DNA of 64,000 nt. Source: Gemmatimonadales bacterium. Lineage in GTDB: Bacteria; Gemmatimonadota; Gemmatimonadetes; Gemmatimonadales; GWC2-71-9. The notes under the pieces were generated by a model, which worked only from the letters and a program-made list of their open reading frames with translations, made no database searches and was not told the DNA's origin. Made by a program: the position numbers and the translations under genes. Positions 50,542 through 60,433 of the stretch are shown piece by piece; the first letter of the stretch is position 1, and every line of letters begins with the position of its first letter. The DNA is taken from the NCBI GenBank assembly GCA_965249575.1, contig OZ252244.1:2336001-2400000 (forward strand), read 5' to 3'.

Positions 50542-51072
50542 ATGAACCGCAACGGAATATGGCTCCTGTCAACTGCGCTGCCGGCCCTCGTGCTCGCGGC
50601 GTGCGCGCCTTCGGAGACCGCTGAGGACGCGGCCATGGCGGGGCCCGATACCACGGGAGCGTCGGTGTGGGCCCACCTGCAGGAAGTCGGCTACCAGGAC
50701 AATTGGACGCTCTGGCCCGGGAAGGGCACGCTGTACACTGGGGCTGAGCCGCACGGCATGTTGCTCACGACCTATGTGAACGATCTTGCGATGGGCGCGG
50801 TGACAGATCACGCTGGGTCGATGCCGGCGGGCGCGATCATCGTCAAAGAGAACTACATGCCCGATTCGACGCTCGCGGCCGTAACGACGATGTACAAGGT
50901 TCCCGGGTTTAATCCCGACCACAACGACTGGTTCTTCGTCAAGCAGGGACCCGACGGAGCCGTCGAGGTCGAGGGGCGCGGGGCCGGATGCCAGGCCTGT
51001 CACGGTGGCGTCAGCGACAACGACTACATCTTCACCGGCCCGCTGAGCGCCGACGAAGAGCACGGCCACTAG
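50542..51072 (+). CDS. cytochrome P460 / c'-beta family lipoprotein
   Basis: GGAGGA SD; LAAC lipobox; GAIIVKEN, MYK, DWFF, C-terminal CQACH followed by DYIF. Confidence 0.85.
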   Translation: MNRNGIWLLSTALPALVLAACAPSETAEDAAMAGPDTTGASVWAHLQEVGYQDNWTLWPGKGTLYTGAEPHGMLLTTYVNDLAMGAVTDHAGSMPAGAIIVKENYMPDSTLAAVTTMYKVPGFNPDHNDWFFVKQGPDGAVEVEGRGAGCQACHGGVSDNDYIFTGPLSADEEHGH

Positions 51073-51129
51073 ATGAGTAGGTGCTGTGTCGGTCGTTCGA
51101 CCGGCCGGCAAGCGGGCGAAGGCGACCAA

Positions 51130-51600
51130 ATGAAACGCCATCACGACGTGGCGGTGGTAGTGCACCGCCGGCGAGTTTGCGGACCACGACCGGGGAAGCC
51201 GCGGGTCCCGGTTTTGGCAGCCGCTGGGTTGTGGTTCGCATGCGCCGGCGGTGATCAGCCGCCATTTAGCGAGCGTGAATCGGTTCAGCCTGGACCTCAC
51301 CTCAGCGTCATCCGCCTCACAGATGATATGGCATTCGTCCCCGAACACGTCATGATCGGTTCGGGAGATACCGTTGTGTGGATCAATGATGGCGAGATGG
51401 AACACACTTCAACGGATGTCCCAGGGAGAGCCGGCGTTGACGAGCACAACGTGCTCCCAGAAGGAGCCGAGCCGTGGAATTCCGGGCTGCTCCGGGCAGG
51501 TGAGGCCTTCCGTCACGTGTTCGCGACACCGGGTGAGTACACGTACTTCTGTTTTTTGCATGAGGCCGCCGGCATGATCGCGAGGCTGACGGTCCGATGA
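51130..51600 (+). CDS. plastocyanin/azurin-family blue copper protein
   Basis: FVPE, GDTVVWIN, HT, WNSG, YTYFCFLH...M (type 1 Cu ligands); exact start uncertain. Confidence 0.88.
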   Translation: MKRHHDVAVVVHRRRVCGPRPGKPRVPVLAAAGLWFACAGGDQPPFSERESVQPGPHLSVIRLTDDMAFVPEHVMIGSGDTVVWINDGEMEHTSTDVPGRAGVDEHNVLPEGAEPWNSGLLRAGEAFRHVFATPGEYTYFCFLHEAAGMIARLTVR

Positions 51601-51675
51601 CGGATCCCCGCCCCCCGGTCGTCGGCCGCCCCGTCTTCCGCGGGTCGCGGTGCCACGCCTCGAGCGGCTAGCCTC

Positions 51676-52143
51676 TTGCGCGTCCTCCACCCCCTTTTCG
51701 TTCACCTCCATATCGCCTTTCTGCTCATGGCATTCGTGGCGATGTACGCCTGGCTGTTCCGGGGGCTTGCGACCAGCGTCTTCGAGGACCGCATCTACCG
51801 TTTCGCACGGGCCAACACCTGGGCCGGCACGGCCACTGTGGCCCTTTCCATGGTCGCCGGCATTCGCGACGCGTTCACCGGCACCGTGGCCCGGTTCAGT
51901 GGTCCCGTGGGTGGATGGCTGCTCGTAAAGGTGGTTCTTGCGACCCTTCTGCTCGCCGTCTACGGCCTGTTTCTCTTCTGGAGTGGCCGTAAGAGGAGAT
52001 ACCTCCAGGAAGACCGTGTGGCGATGCTCTGGTGTTTGGGCACACAGCTGGTGGGGATCCTGCTGGTAGGATTCGTGACGCTCATTGGCACGATGATTGT
52101 GTACTATCAAGATCTACTGCCCCGATTCCCCGCTCCGTTTTGA
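51676..52143 (+). CDS. membrane protein with about 4 TM segments (DUF2231-like)
   Basis: LHPLFVH N-terminal motif and four hydrophobic segments. Confidence 0.7.
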   Translation: MRVLHPLFVHLHIAFLLMAFVAMYAWLFRGLATSVFEDRIYRFARANTWAGTATVALSMVAGIRDAFTGTVARFSGPVGGWLLVKVVLATLLLAVYGLFLFWSGRKRRYLQEDRVAMLWCLGTQLVGILLVGFVTLIGTMIVYYQDLLPRFPAPF

Positions 52144-53424
52144 TGAGGCCGTCGGAGCCACGTGTCGTCGTTGTGGGCGGCGGTTTCGGTGGGCTGTATG
52201 CCGCCGCATACCTGGCGCGGTCTGAGCTCGCCGAGCGAGGAGCGAGCGTCGTCCTGATCGACCGAAGGAACTACTTCACGTTCACGCCCCTGCTTGCCGA
52301 AGTCGCCGCCGGAGCGCTCGGTCGCGAGCACGTGACGTATCCCTTTCGTGTGCTGGCAAAGAAGTACGGCTTCTCGTTCGTGCAAGATGAGCTTCTTGCG
52401 CTGCATCCGGAGGAGCGGACAATCGAGACGCGAGCGAAAACCGTCTCGTTCGACTACCTGGTTCTGGCACTAGGTTCGGAGCCCCAGTTCTACGGCAACG
52501 CAATGCTCGAGCGGGAGGGCCGGCCTCCCCCTCGCGACCGTCGACCAGGCGCTGGCGGTTCGTGCGCGGGTCATGCGTGCGCTCGAAGGGGCTACGAAGG
52601 CCGAGGACGAGAGGGAGCGGGAGCGGCTGCTCACCTTCGTCGTCGTCGCCGCCGGCGGTCCGGCAGGTGTCGAGATCGCATCAGAGATCCGGCATCTGGC
52701 GGCCGACGTCGCGAAACCGTTCTTCCCGCGATTGCCCGAGCCGCGGGTCGTGCTGGTCGACAGCGGCGAACGCATCCTCACTGCGTGGGACGAGGACTTG
52801 GCCTGCCGTGGGCTCGTCAGACTGCGGGATCGGGGGATCGACGTGCGGCTCGAGACTAGGATCGAGTCTGTACAGAACGGGCTCGTGACCATGCGGAATG
52901 GAGGCGAAGTCGACCAGGTGTCGGCAGGGGCGTTGATATGGACCGCAGGAACCGCCCCTTCACCCCTGGCTACCACGCTCCCCCTGCCGATTGAGCGGGG
53001 AGCGATTCGAGTGGACTGCTACCTGCGCGTTGAAGGCCACGAACGGATCTTCTCGATCGGCGACGTAACGACGCTTCTCGACGAGCGATCCCAACGGCCT
53101 TATCCGCGAGTCGCACCGATCGCTATCAGTCAGGGCGTTCGGGCGGCCGGGAACATCGAGAACCACGCGTTCGGCCGAGCCCTCGAGCCCTATGAGGCGT
53201 ACCATGCGGGTAAGATCGTTTCCCTGGGGGACGGCGTCGCGCTGGTCGAGATTCTCGGTATACGGATCACAGGGTTTCTGGCCTGGTGGATCTACCGCGC
53301 CGGCTACATTCTCAAGCTGGTCGGCACGAAGAACAAGGTGCGGGTCTTGGTGACCTTAGCGCTGAACCGCATCTTCGAACCAGATCTTACCTACGAGGAG
53401 CACGAGACGGGCCCAGCCGGTTGA
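52143..53424 (+). pseudogene. NDH-2-like FAD-dependent oxidoreductase; frameshift at about 52518
   Basis: VVVGGGFGG, FTPLL.EVA.G, DYLVLALGS; second frame GGPAGVE, WTAG, FSIGD, A.SQG. Confidence 0.85.
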
Positions 53425-53563
53425 CGTCCGGACGGCCACGTTGCGTGTGCCCGCCTGCCTTGCGGTCGGCCGCCCCGGGGCTGACACTACGCACAGCAAT
53501 GCGGACGGCGGTCGGGACATCGCGACATCCCGCCTTTTCCCATTACCACGACAGGAGATCCTC

Positions 53564-54700
53564 ATGGATCCATTGGGCCGACGAACGTTCCTCAAGAAGG
53601 CCGCGATCGGTGCCACGGGCGGGGGGCTTCTCTCGGCCTGCGGGGGCGCGGGCTCGAACGAGGTGCAGAATTCCGGGAGTGCAGGGGCATCCGGTCCTGA
53701 AGTGAGCTGGCGCGTTACCTCGAGCTTCCCCCGAGCCCTGGATATCTTATACGGCGCGGCTGAGGTGATGGCGGAGCGGGTGGCCGCGCTCACGGGGGGG
53801 CGGTTCCGCATCCGGGTCTACCCGGCCGGCGAGCTCGTCCCAGGCCTCCAAGTGATGGATGCGGTTCAGCAGGGCACCGTCCAGGCGGGGCATACCTCCA
53901 GTTACTACTACATCGGGAAACACCCGGCCTTGGCGTTCGACGCCGGTGTGCCGTTCGGCCTCACCACGCGACAACAAAATGCGTGGCTCTACCATGGCGG
54001 CGGCATCGAGCTGATCCGAGAGGTGCTTTCGGACTTCGGAATCGTCCAGTTCCCCTGCGGCAACAGCGGCGGGCAGATGGGTGGCTGGTTCCGGAGTCCG
54101 GTCGAGTCGGTTGCGGATATCAGGGGACTCCGGATGCGCATTCCGGGCCTCGGTGGTGAGGTCATGAGCCGGCTTGGCGCAACCGTCCAGGTGCTGGCCG
54201 GCGGGGACATCTTTCCGGCCCTCGAGCGCGGTGCCGTCGATGCCACCGAGTGGGTGGGTCCGCACGACGACGAGAAACTCGGATTCCACGACATTGCGAA
54301 GAACTACTACTACCCCGGCTGGCACGAGCCGGGCGTTTCGTTGAGCCTCCACGTCAATCGGAGCGCCTGGGATCAGTTGCCGGAGGCCTATCAGGAGGCC
54401 GTGGCGAGCGCGTGTAAGGAGGTCACGATCGACACGGTTGCCCAATATGACGTCGCCAATCCGAAAGCGCTGGCCCGCTTGGTAAATGACCACGACGTGC
54501 AGCTACGGCGGTTCTCAAACGAGATCCTGCGCGCCGCCTGGCTGGAGAGCAACAACCTGCTGGAAGAGCTGGCGGCCGAGAATGCTGGCTTTCGGCGGGT
54601 CTTCGACAACTGGAACGCGTTTCGGCGCACGGCCTTTCCCTACTTCGCCAGGAACGAGCTCGAGTACGAGGCGTTCGCGTTCCGGCAGTTGAGCGCCTGA
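53564..54700 (+). CDS. dctP: TRAP transporter substrate-binding protein (Tat lipoprotein, TakP-like)
   Basis: GRRTFLK twin-Arg, LSAC, GNSGGQMGGWF, MRIPG, EWVGP.DD, YYPGWHE. Confidence 0.92.
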   Translation: MDPLGRRTFLKKAAIGATGGGLLSACGGAGSNEVQNSGSAGASGPEVSWRVTSSFPRALDILYGAAEVMAERVAALTGGRFRIRVYPAGELVPGLQVMDAVQQGTVQAGHTSSYYYIGKHPALAFDAGVPFGLTTRQQNAWLYHGGGIELIREVLSDFGIVQFPCGNSGGQMGGWFRSPVESVADIRGLRMRIPGLGGEVMSRLGATVQVLAGGDIFPALERGAVDATEWVGPHDDEKLGFHDIAKNYYYPGWHEPGVSLSLHVNRSAWDQLPEAYQEAVASACKEVTIDTVAQYDVANPKALARLVNDHDVQLRRFSNEILRAAWLESNNLLEELAAENAGFRRVFDNWNAFRRTAFPYFARNELEYEAFAFRQLSA

Positions 54701-54731
54701 CTACCGGGTGGCAACCGGTTGTATCACCTCC

Positions 54732-56033
54732 CTAGGCCATCGCGATGATCGATGCCAACACCAGCAGCTGTATGACGATGAATGGGATGGCTCCCCGGTA
54801 GATCGTCGTGGTGGGGATTTCCTTCGGCGTCACCCCGCGAAGGTAAAATAGCGAGAACCCGAACGGCGGCGTGAGGAACGATGTCTGGAGATTGATCGCC
54901 AGAATGATTCCCAGCCACGTCAGGTCGATTCCCAAGATCCTCGCCGGCGCAACGATCAGCGGCACGATGATGAAAGCGATCTCGAAGAAATCGATAAAGA
55001 ATCCCAGGACGAACACGATCACGTTGACGACCAGCAGGAAGCCGATGGGTCCGCCGGGCATGCTCGTGAGGATGCTCTCGATCCAGAGGTCACCGTTGAG
55101 CCCGCGAAAAACCAATGCGAATGCGGTCGAGCCGATCAACAGGAAGATCACCATGATAGTGAGCCCGGTAGTCGCCCGCATTGCCGCGTTCAGAGTCGCG
55201 TAGGACAAGCTGCGGTTTAGCGCGGCAAGGGCCATCGCACCCACAGCGCCGAGTGCGCCTGCCTCGGTCGGCGTGGCGATACCGGCGAAGATGCTGCCGA
55301 GTACCACGGCGATCAGCAGGAGCGGTGGCATCAAGGATCTCGACACTCGGAGCGCCAGCTCTCGACGCCCGAGCGACCTCGCCTCCAGCGGCAGCGCGGG
55401 TGCTGCATGGGGGGCAAAGAACGCGACGGCGCCGACATAGAGCGCGTATAACGCGGTGAGTAGAAGGCCGGGCCCGATCGCCGCCCGAAACAGGCCGCCG
55501 ACCGACACGCCCATCTGGTCACCCAACACGATGAGCACGATGCTCGGGGGGATGATCTGCCCGAGCGTTCCCGCGGCGCTGATGACACCGACACTGAGCT
55601 CGCGCTGGTAGCCGTAGCGCAGCATGATCGGCAACGAGATGAGGCCCATCGCGGTAACCGACGCGCCCACGACGCCCGTCGCCGCGGCCAACAGCATGCC
55701 CACGAACACCACCCCCAGGGCGAGCCCGCCTCGGAAGCGGCCGAACAGGATCCCGATCGTCTCGAGGAGCTGCTCTGCCAGTCGAGACTTCTCCAGCACG
55801 GTCCCCATGAAAATGAAGAATGGAACTGCGAGGAGCGTGAAGTTCGACATGGTGCCAAAGGTGCGCTCTGGCATCGCCTGCAGAAGGTTCAAGTCGAATG
55901 CGCCGGCCATCGCACCCAACACTGCAAACAGGAGAGCAGTTCCTCCTAGGCCGAACGCAACCGGGTAACCGGTAAAGATCAGAGCGAGCGCTCCGAGGAA
56001 CATCGCCGGTCCCCACAGCCCGCTTCCCATCAC
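54732..56033 (-). CDS. dctM: TRAP transporter large permease
   Basis: GYPVAF, LLAVPFFIFMG, GTLGQIIPPS, TPTEA, FLTPPFG. Confidence 0.95.
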   Translation of the reverse strand: MMGSGLWGPAMFLGALALIFTGYPVAFGLGGTALLFAVLGAMAGAFDLNLLQAMPERTFGTMSNFTLLAVPFFIFMGTVLEKSRLAEQLLETIGILFGRFRGGLALGVVFVGMLLAAATGVVGASVTAMGLISLPIMLRYGYQRELSVGVISAAGTLGQIIPPSIVLIVLGDQMGVSVGGLFRAAIGPGLLLTALYALYVGAVAFFAPHAAPALPLEARSLGRRELALRVSRSLMPPLLLIAVVLGSIFAGIATPTEAGALGAVGAMALAALNRSLSYATLNAAMRATTGLTIMVIFLLIGSTAFALVFRGLNGDLWIESILTSMPGGPIGFLLVVNVIVFVLGFFIDFFEIAFIIVPLIVAPARILGIDLTWLGIILAINLQTSFLTPPFGFSLFYLRGVTPKEIPTTTIYRGAIPFIVIQLLVLASIIAMA

Positions 56034-56623
56034 CCACCCCTTCGCACGGTGGCGGACTCGATCGCCGATCTCGACTCAGTGACTTCCCCCGCCGGCTCGA
56101 GCGCCTGTCCGGTTCGCAGGATGACGATCTGCTTGACGATCTGTGAGATTCCCTGCAACAACAACAGGGCGAAAGAAACCAGGATGATGGCCTTGATTGG
56201 ATAGCGGGCCAGGCCCCCGGGATCTGGGGAAAGCTCCCGGATGACCCACGAATTTCGGACCGCGGGCCACGATACGAACAGCATCAGCGCGCTGAACGGC
56301 ATCAGGAAGAACACGGTCCCAGCCAAGTCGATCCACGCCTTTCCCCGCACCCCAAGCCGCGAATACAGCACGTCCACTCTCACGTGATGATCACGTTTGA
56401 GCCCGTAGGCTGCCCCAAGGAGGAATACGAGACTGAACAGGTACCACTGCAGGTCGAGGAGGGCGTTGGACGTGAGCGATATCGCGGTGTATCGCGCGGC
56501 GTACCGTGCGAGCGCGTTGTATGCTCCGATGAGGACCATAGCGACGGTGAGCCACCGAATCCAGGACCCCATCATCTCGTTCAGGCGATCGATGGCGCCG
56601 GCAATTCTGATCCACCAGTGCAT
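56030..56623 (-). CDS. dctQ: TRAP transporter small permease
   Basis: LQWYLF, HVRVD, SPDPGGL; four TM segments. Confidence 0.93.
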   Translation of the reverse strand: MHWWIRIAGAIDRLNEMMGSWIRWLTVAMVLIGAYNALARYAARYTAISLTSNALLDLQWYLFSLVFLLGAAYGLKRDHHVRVDVLYSRLGVRGKAWIDLAGTVFFLMPFSALMLFVSWPAVRNSWVIRELSPDPGGLARYPIKAIILVSFALLLLQGISQIVKQIVILRTGQALEPAGEVTESRSAIESATVRRGG

Positions 56624-56787
56624 ACCGGTGACCTCGTCCGGGAGAGTGGTTACGGCGTTATCTGAAGATGCGTCGGGCGACGACGCCGTGGAGCAGCAAG
56701 ATCGGCGCCCTGCGGGCATCGGTCAATGAGGACTGACGAAGCGTCTGTGGGTGCGGTGTGAGGGCGGGCGGGTGCCAACGGCCGGGT

Positions 56788-57225
56788 TCAGTTAGCTACA
56801 AACGCCACTTCCAACGAGATAACCTGCCTCGCTCCGGACACGGACACGACGCGCACCCGCGCCAGACGATCGGGGATTATCACGTCGCCTCGAACCGCGG
56901 TGAGAGGGACGCCTCGTCGCGTGATCATCCAATGCCGGAGAACCGCCAGCGAGGGATTTGAACGCGAGCTGCTCGAGACCTCAGGCGGCGACGGGAGTTG
57001 GGCACCGGCGGTCGTGTCGGGCGATAGAGTGAAGGAGAAGTGCGTATTGACGCTCGAAGGCACAACGGTGGCCGACACACGAAGCATTGCCGACGCCGAT
57101 CCCTGTGCCTCCATCGGCGATGCGAGTATGACTGAGATGATCATCACGCCAAGGGCGCACCGTACTGCCGTGTGACCAAGCGTGCGATTGGTGAACGCGA
57201 ACGACCAGCGGTGCGGAAATGCCAT
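56788..57225 (-). CDS. uncharacterised exported protein downstream of a c-di-GMP riboswitch
   Basis: GGAGG SD; hydrophobic signal-like segment ending MEA-Q; SASAMLRVSATVV strand; C-terminal strand VISLEVAFVAN. Confidence 0.65.
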   Translation of the reverse strand: MAFPHRWSFAFTNRTLGHTAVRCALGVMIISVILASPMEAQGSASAMLRVSATVVPSSVNTHFSFTLSPDTTAGAQLPSPPEVSSSSRSNPSLAVLRHWMITRRGVPLTAVRGDVIIPDRLARVRVVSVSGARQVISLEVAFVAN

Positions 57226-57234
57226 CTGTGCCGC

Positions 57235-57330
57235 CTCCGGCAGCCCGGCTGTCGGTCTCCCCGGCTCTCGCCGAGAATCGACCCGTGGCTTTGCGTCCCA
57301 CGGTTGCCCGTGGTTTGCCCTTTTCGGAGC
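57235..57330 (-). ncRNA. cyclic di-GMP-I (GEMM) riboswitch
   Basis: Minus strand GGGCAAACC-ACGG-GCAA-CCGT-GGGACGCAAAGCCACGGGTC...GACAGCCGGGCTGCCG matches the Vc2-type consensus (P2 with GNRA loop, GACGCAAAGCC, P3); directly upstream of SD/ATG. Confidence 0.92.
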
Positions 57331-57561
57331 GGCCGCCTGGCCACTCCACGCGTGTATCTCCCCCCGCTATTGCGCGACGCCAGCGGCGGCGCGTTCCCGG
57401 GGGAAGAATGAGTTACACCTCACGTGAAAGGGTTTCTGTGCGCAATGTCACACAGGCGTACGTGCGCTCGGGTTTCGCTGGACGGCGGTCGTCGAGGTGG
57501 ACATCTTTGGCTGTGCGGCGTCGTGATGAACGTGAGGTTTCTCTAGGAGCAGGGAGCCAGC

Positions 57562-59022
57562 ATGGCGAGGTGGGGAGCTTTCGTCGGGGCGCTTCTCTCG
57601 GCAGCATCCGTTCTGCTGATCGCGTGCGATCCCCAGCGCGGCGCAGGGGAAGCCGTGGCCTCCGCACCGACCGCAGCACGTTCGGCGACCGGCGAGTACA
57701 TCTCGTGGCGTGAGCATCGGATCGATGATGAGGACCTGGGCGGCGTGGCGCTCCGCGGTGGCGATGGGTTGGAAGTCGCGGATCTGGACGGCGATGGTCA
57801 TCTCGACATCGTGTCGGTGCACGAGGACAGCCACCATATCCGACTCGCGTTCGGGTCACGAGACCCGGACGCATGGGTGCGCGTGACCCTCGCCGAGGGG
57901 CGGGAGGTCGCTGACGTCGAGGATGTCCCGATCGGGGACATGAATGGTGATGGGAACCCCGATGTCATCGCTGCCTGCGAGAACGCTCACCTGATCTACT
58001 TTCAGAATCCCGGTGCCGACGCACGGAGCACGCGCTGGGAGCGGGTCATCCCAAACGCGACCGTGGGCCGTGGTTCGTTTATTCGGGTGTTTGTTGCGGA
58101 CCTGACTGGCGACGGCAGGCTCGAGGTCGTGGTGGCCAACAAAGGCACCCACGAGATACTGGACTCCGAGGGTGCGGTTATCGGGTCTGAGGAACGCGAG
58201 CGTTCCGAAATCTCGTGGTTCGACGTTCCGGCCAACCCGCTGGACGGGGCAGAGTGGTCGGAGCATGTACTCGCCCGGGTCAAAGTGCCCATCAACTCCC
58301 CGCCGATCGATCTAGACCGCGATGGTGATGTCGACGTGCTCGGCGGTTCGCGGGGTGAGTCGCGGGTGATGTGGTTCGAGAATGAGGGAGTTGCACCGGC
58401 GTTCTCGATCCATGCCATTGAAATCGCCGGCCGCACTGTTCCTCACCAGGCGGGAGAATTGCGCCTATCCGGAATGAACGTGGGTTTCGCCGATCTCAAC
58501 GGCGACGGACGGACGGACCTCGTGCTGACGGAAACACCGACGTCGGTCGTATGGCTGGAGCAATCGGCAGTGCCCACCGAGTCGTGGAGGCTCCATTCCA
58601 TTGGGTCCACGTCGCCGGACATGCTCGTGGGCGTCGCGATGGCTGATATCGATTCGGATGGCGACTCGGACGTGATGACCGGTGGGTACAGCCTTGGCCC
58701 GCGTCTGGCGGACGGCGGAGACGTGACCAGAGATGATCCGGTAGGCCGGTTGGCCTGGTTCGAGAACCCCGGCGCGTCCGAACGAAGGCCCTGGATCCGA
58801 CACGACATCTCCCGGCGCAAGCGAGGTATGTTCGACGGGTTCGTTCCACTGGATCTCGATCGCGACGGAGACGTCGACCTTCTGTCGACGCGGGGAAACA
58901 GCGGCCGGTTGGACGGGGTCTTTTGGCTCGAGCAGGTGAGAACGGAGAAGCCATCGGCATCGTTCGCACCGTCCCGGCGCACCGACAGCGAGCAGCTGCC
59001 GCTTCCATCCACGGGTCCGTGA
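57562..59022 (+). CDS. FG-GAP/VCBS repeat beta-propeller lipoprotein
   Basis: LIAC lipobox; seven D.DGDG..D-type repeats, each followed by W[FL]E/YFQN-like strands. Confidence 0.88.
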   Translation: MARWGAFVGALLSAASVLLIACDPQRGAGEAVASAPTAARSATGEYISWREHRIDDEDLGGVALRGGDGLEVADLDGDGHLDIVSVHEDSHHIRLAFGSRDPDAWVRVTLAEGREVADVEDVPIGDMNGDGNPDVIAACENAHLIYFQNPGADARSTRWERVIPNATVGRGSFIRVFVADLTGDGRLEVVVANKGTHEILDSEGAVIGSEERERSEISWFDVPANPLDGAEWSEHVLARVKVPINSPPIDLDRDGDVDVLGGSRGESRVMWFENEGVAPAFSIHAIEIAGRTVPHQAGELRLSGMNVGFADLNGDGRTDLVLTETPTSVVWLEQSAVPTESWRLHSIGSTSPDMLVGVAMADIDSDGDSDVMTGGYSLGPRLADGGDVTRDDPVGRLAWFENPGASERRPWIRHDISRRKRGMFDGFVPLDLDRDGDVDLLSTRGNSGRLDGVFWLEQVRTEKPSASFAPSRRTDSEQLPLPSTGP

Positions 59023-59056
59023 AACGGATTCAACGCTCTGCGGGAGGATTCCCATC

Positions 59057-60403
59057 GTGAACGAATCGCATCGCCTTCCCCGTGGGTTGCCTCGCAATGG
59101 GGTGAGCAGACGGGGGTTTCTGGGCTTAGTGGGAGCTGCTGGCGCCGCGGTCTCGGGATGTTCCGAGCCGTCCGGTACGCTACTTGGCGGCGGGACGGTT
59201 GGCGCGCCGAATACCGAGGCATCGCTCCGAGACAACATCTATACGCGGCTCCTCGGTATCCGGCCCCATGTCGGCGCCCACGACAACATCTCCCGCCTCG
59301 GGGGCAATCGAATGGCGCCGGAGGTCATTCGCGCGATGGCCGAGGCGAACGACTACTTCGTGGACATGCACGAACTGGGGGCGGCCGCGGGAGCCCGCAT
59401 CGCAGAGCTACTGGGCGCCGAAGCGGCACTGGTGTGCGCTGGTGGGTTCTCAGCGATGATTCTGGGTGCCGCGGCGTGCCTGACCGGCACCGACGAGGAG
59501 AAGATTGCGGCCCTCCCACACCCAACGTGGTCGAAGCGCGATTGCATCATTCAGGAAGCGCAACGATTCAGTTACGACCGGGCCTATCGCGCGGCGGGTA
59601 TGTCGAACGTCTACGTACGCACCCGGGATGAGCTCCTCGCGCGTATGGATCGCAATACGGCAATGCTTGCGGGCTTGGCGCTCGCGGAGCGACAGAGATT
59701 GTTCGCGCCACCGTTACCCAAGAAACGCGCGGCTCCGCCCGACGAGCTATTGGTCCCGCCAGACGACCTGATCGCGATCGGGAAGCAGCGAGGTGTGCCC
59801 GTTCTCATCGACATGGCGTCGGACCTCCCGCCCTGGGAGAACCTGACCCGTTTCTTCGAGGCGGGCGCTGACCTCGTCGTCATTAGCGGCGGAAAGGCCA
59901 TCGCCGGACCTCAGTCGACCGGGATCCTCGCAGGTCGGAAGGACTTGATCGCCGCTGCCGCGCTCAACGCGAGCCCAAATGAGGGTATCGGGCGGGGCAT
60001 GAAGGTCGGTAAGGAGGAAATTGTGGCGCTCGTCGTTGCGCTCGAGCGCTTCATCGGACAGGATCGCGCGGCTCTCTCCGACGAATGGAATGCACGAGCG
60101 CGGTGGCTGGCGAATCAGCTCCAGGGCATCCCGGGGCTCGAGGTGGAGTACGCCCTCAACACCGCCGAGTATGCCGACGTCGACCTCAGGTGGGACGAGG
60201 CCGTAATTCCCCTCACTCGCGATGATTTCCGGCAACGAATGAAAGAGGGTGACCCCCGCATCGAAATCGGCGTCGTGATCATGGGGTCCGTGGGCGGGAC
60301 TGCTTGGAACGCGACGGTTCGTACGCGCCTGCTGCGTGGTGGTGAGGAGGTGCTCGTCGCACGCCGTTTGCGAAATATGTTCGAGGGAGTGGCACGCGGC
60401 TAG
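59057..60403 (+). CDS. SelA-like / DgaE-family PLP-dependent enzyme with a Tat signal
   Basis: SRRGFLG, VSGC; LIDMAS, ISGGKAIAGPQSTG (PLP Lys), IGRGMKVGKEEI. Confidence 0.85.
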   Translation: MNESHRLPRGLPRNGVSRRGFLGLVGAAGAAVSGCSEPSGTLLGGGTVGAPNTEASLRDNIYTRLLGIRPHVGAHDNISRLGGNRMAPEVIRAMAEANDYFVDMHELGAAAGARIAELLGAEAALVCAGGFSAMILGAAACLTGTDEEKIAALPHPTWSKRDCIIQEAQRFSYDRAYRAAGMSNVYVRTRDELLARMDRNTAMLAGLALAERQRLFAPPLPKKRAAPPDELLVPPDDLIAIGKQRGVPVLIDMASDLPPWENLTRFFEAGADLVVISGGKAIAGPQSTGILAGRKDLIAAAALNASPNEGIGRGMKVGKEEIVALVVALERFIGQDRAALSDEWNARARWLANQLQGIPGLEVEYALNTAEYADVDLRWDEAVIPLTRDDFRQRMKEGDPRIEIGVVIMGSVGGTAWNATVRTRLLRGGEEVLVARRLRNMFEGVARG

Positions 60404-60433
60404 GTCAGAGTCCTCCGCTGGCATCGGGCCGGC

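Noticed and set aside
59057..60403. True selA / selenocysteine system
   Set aside because: Tat signal and DgaE-like motifs; no selB, selC or selD in the window; the FDH has Cys at the active site.
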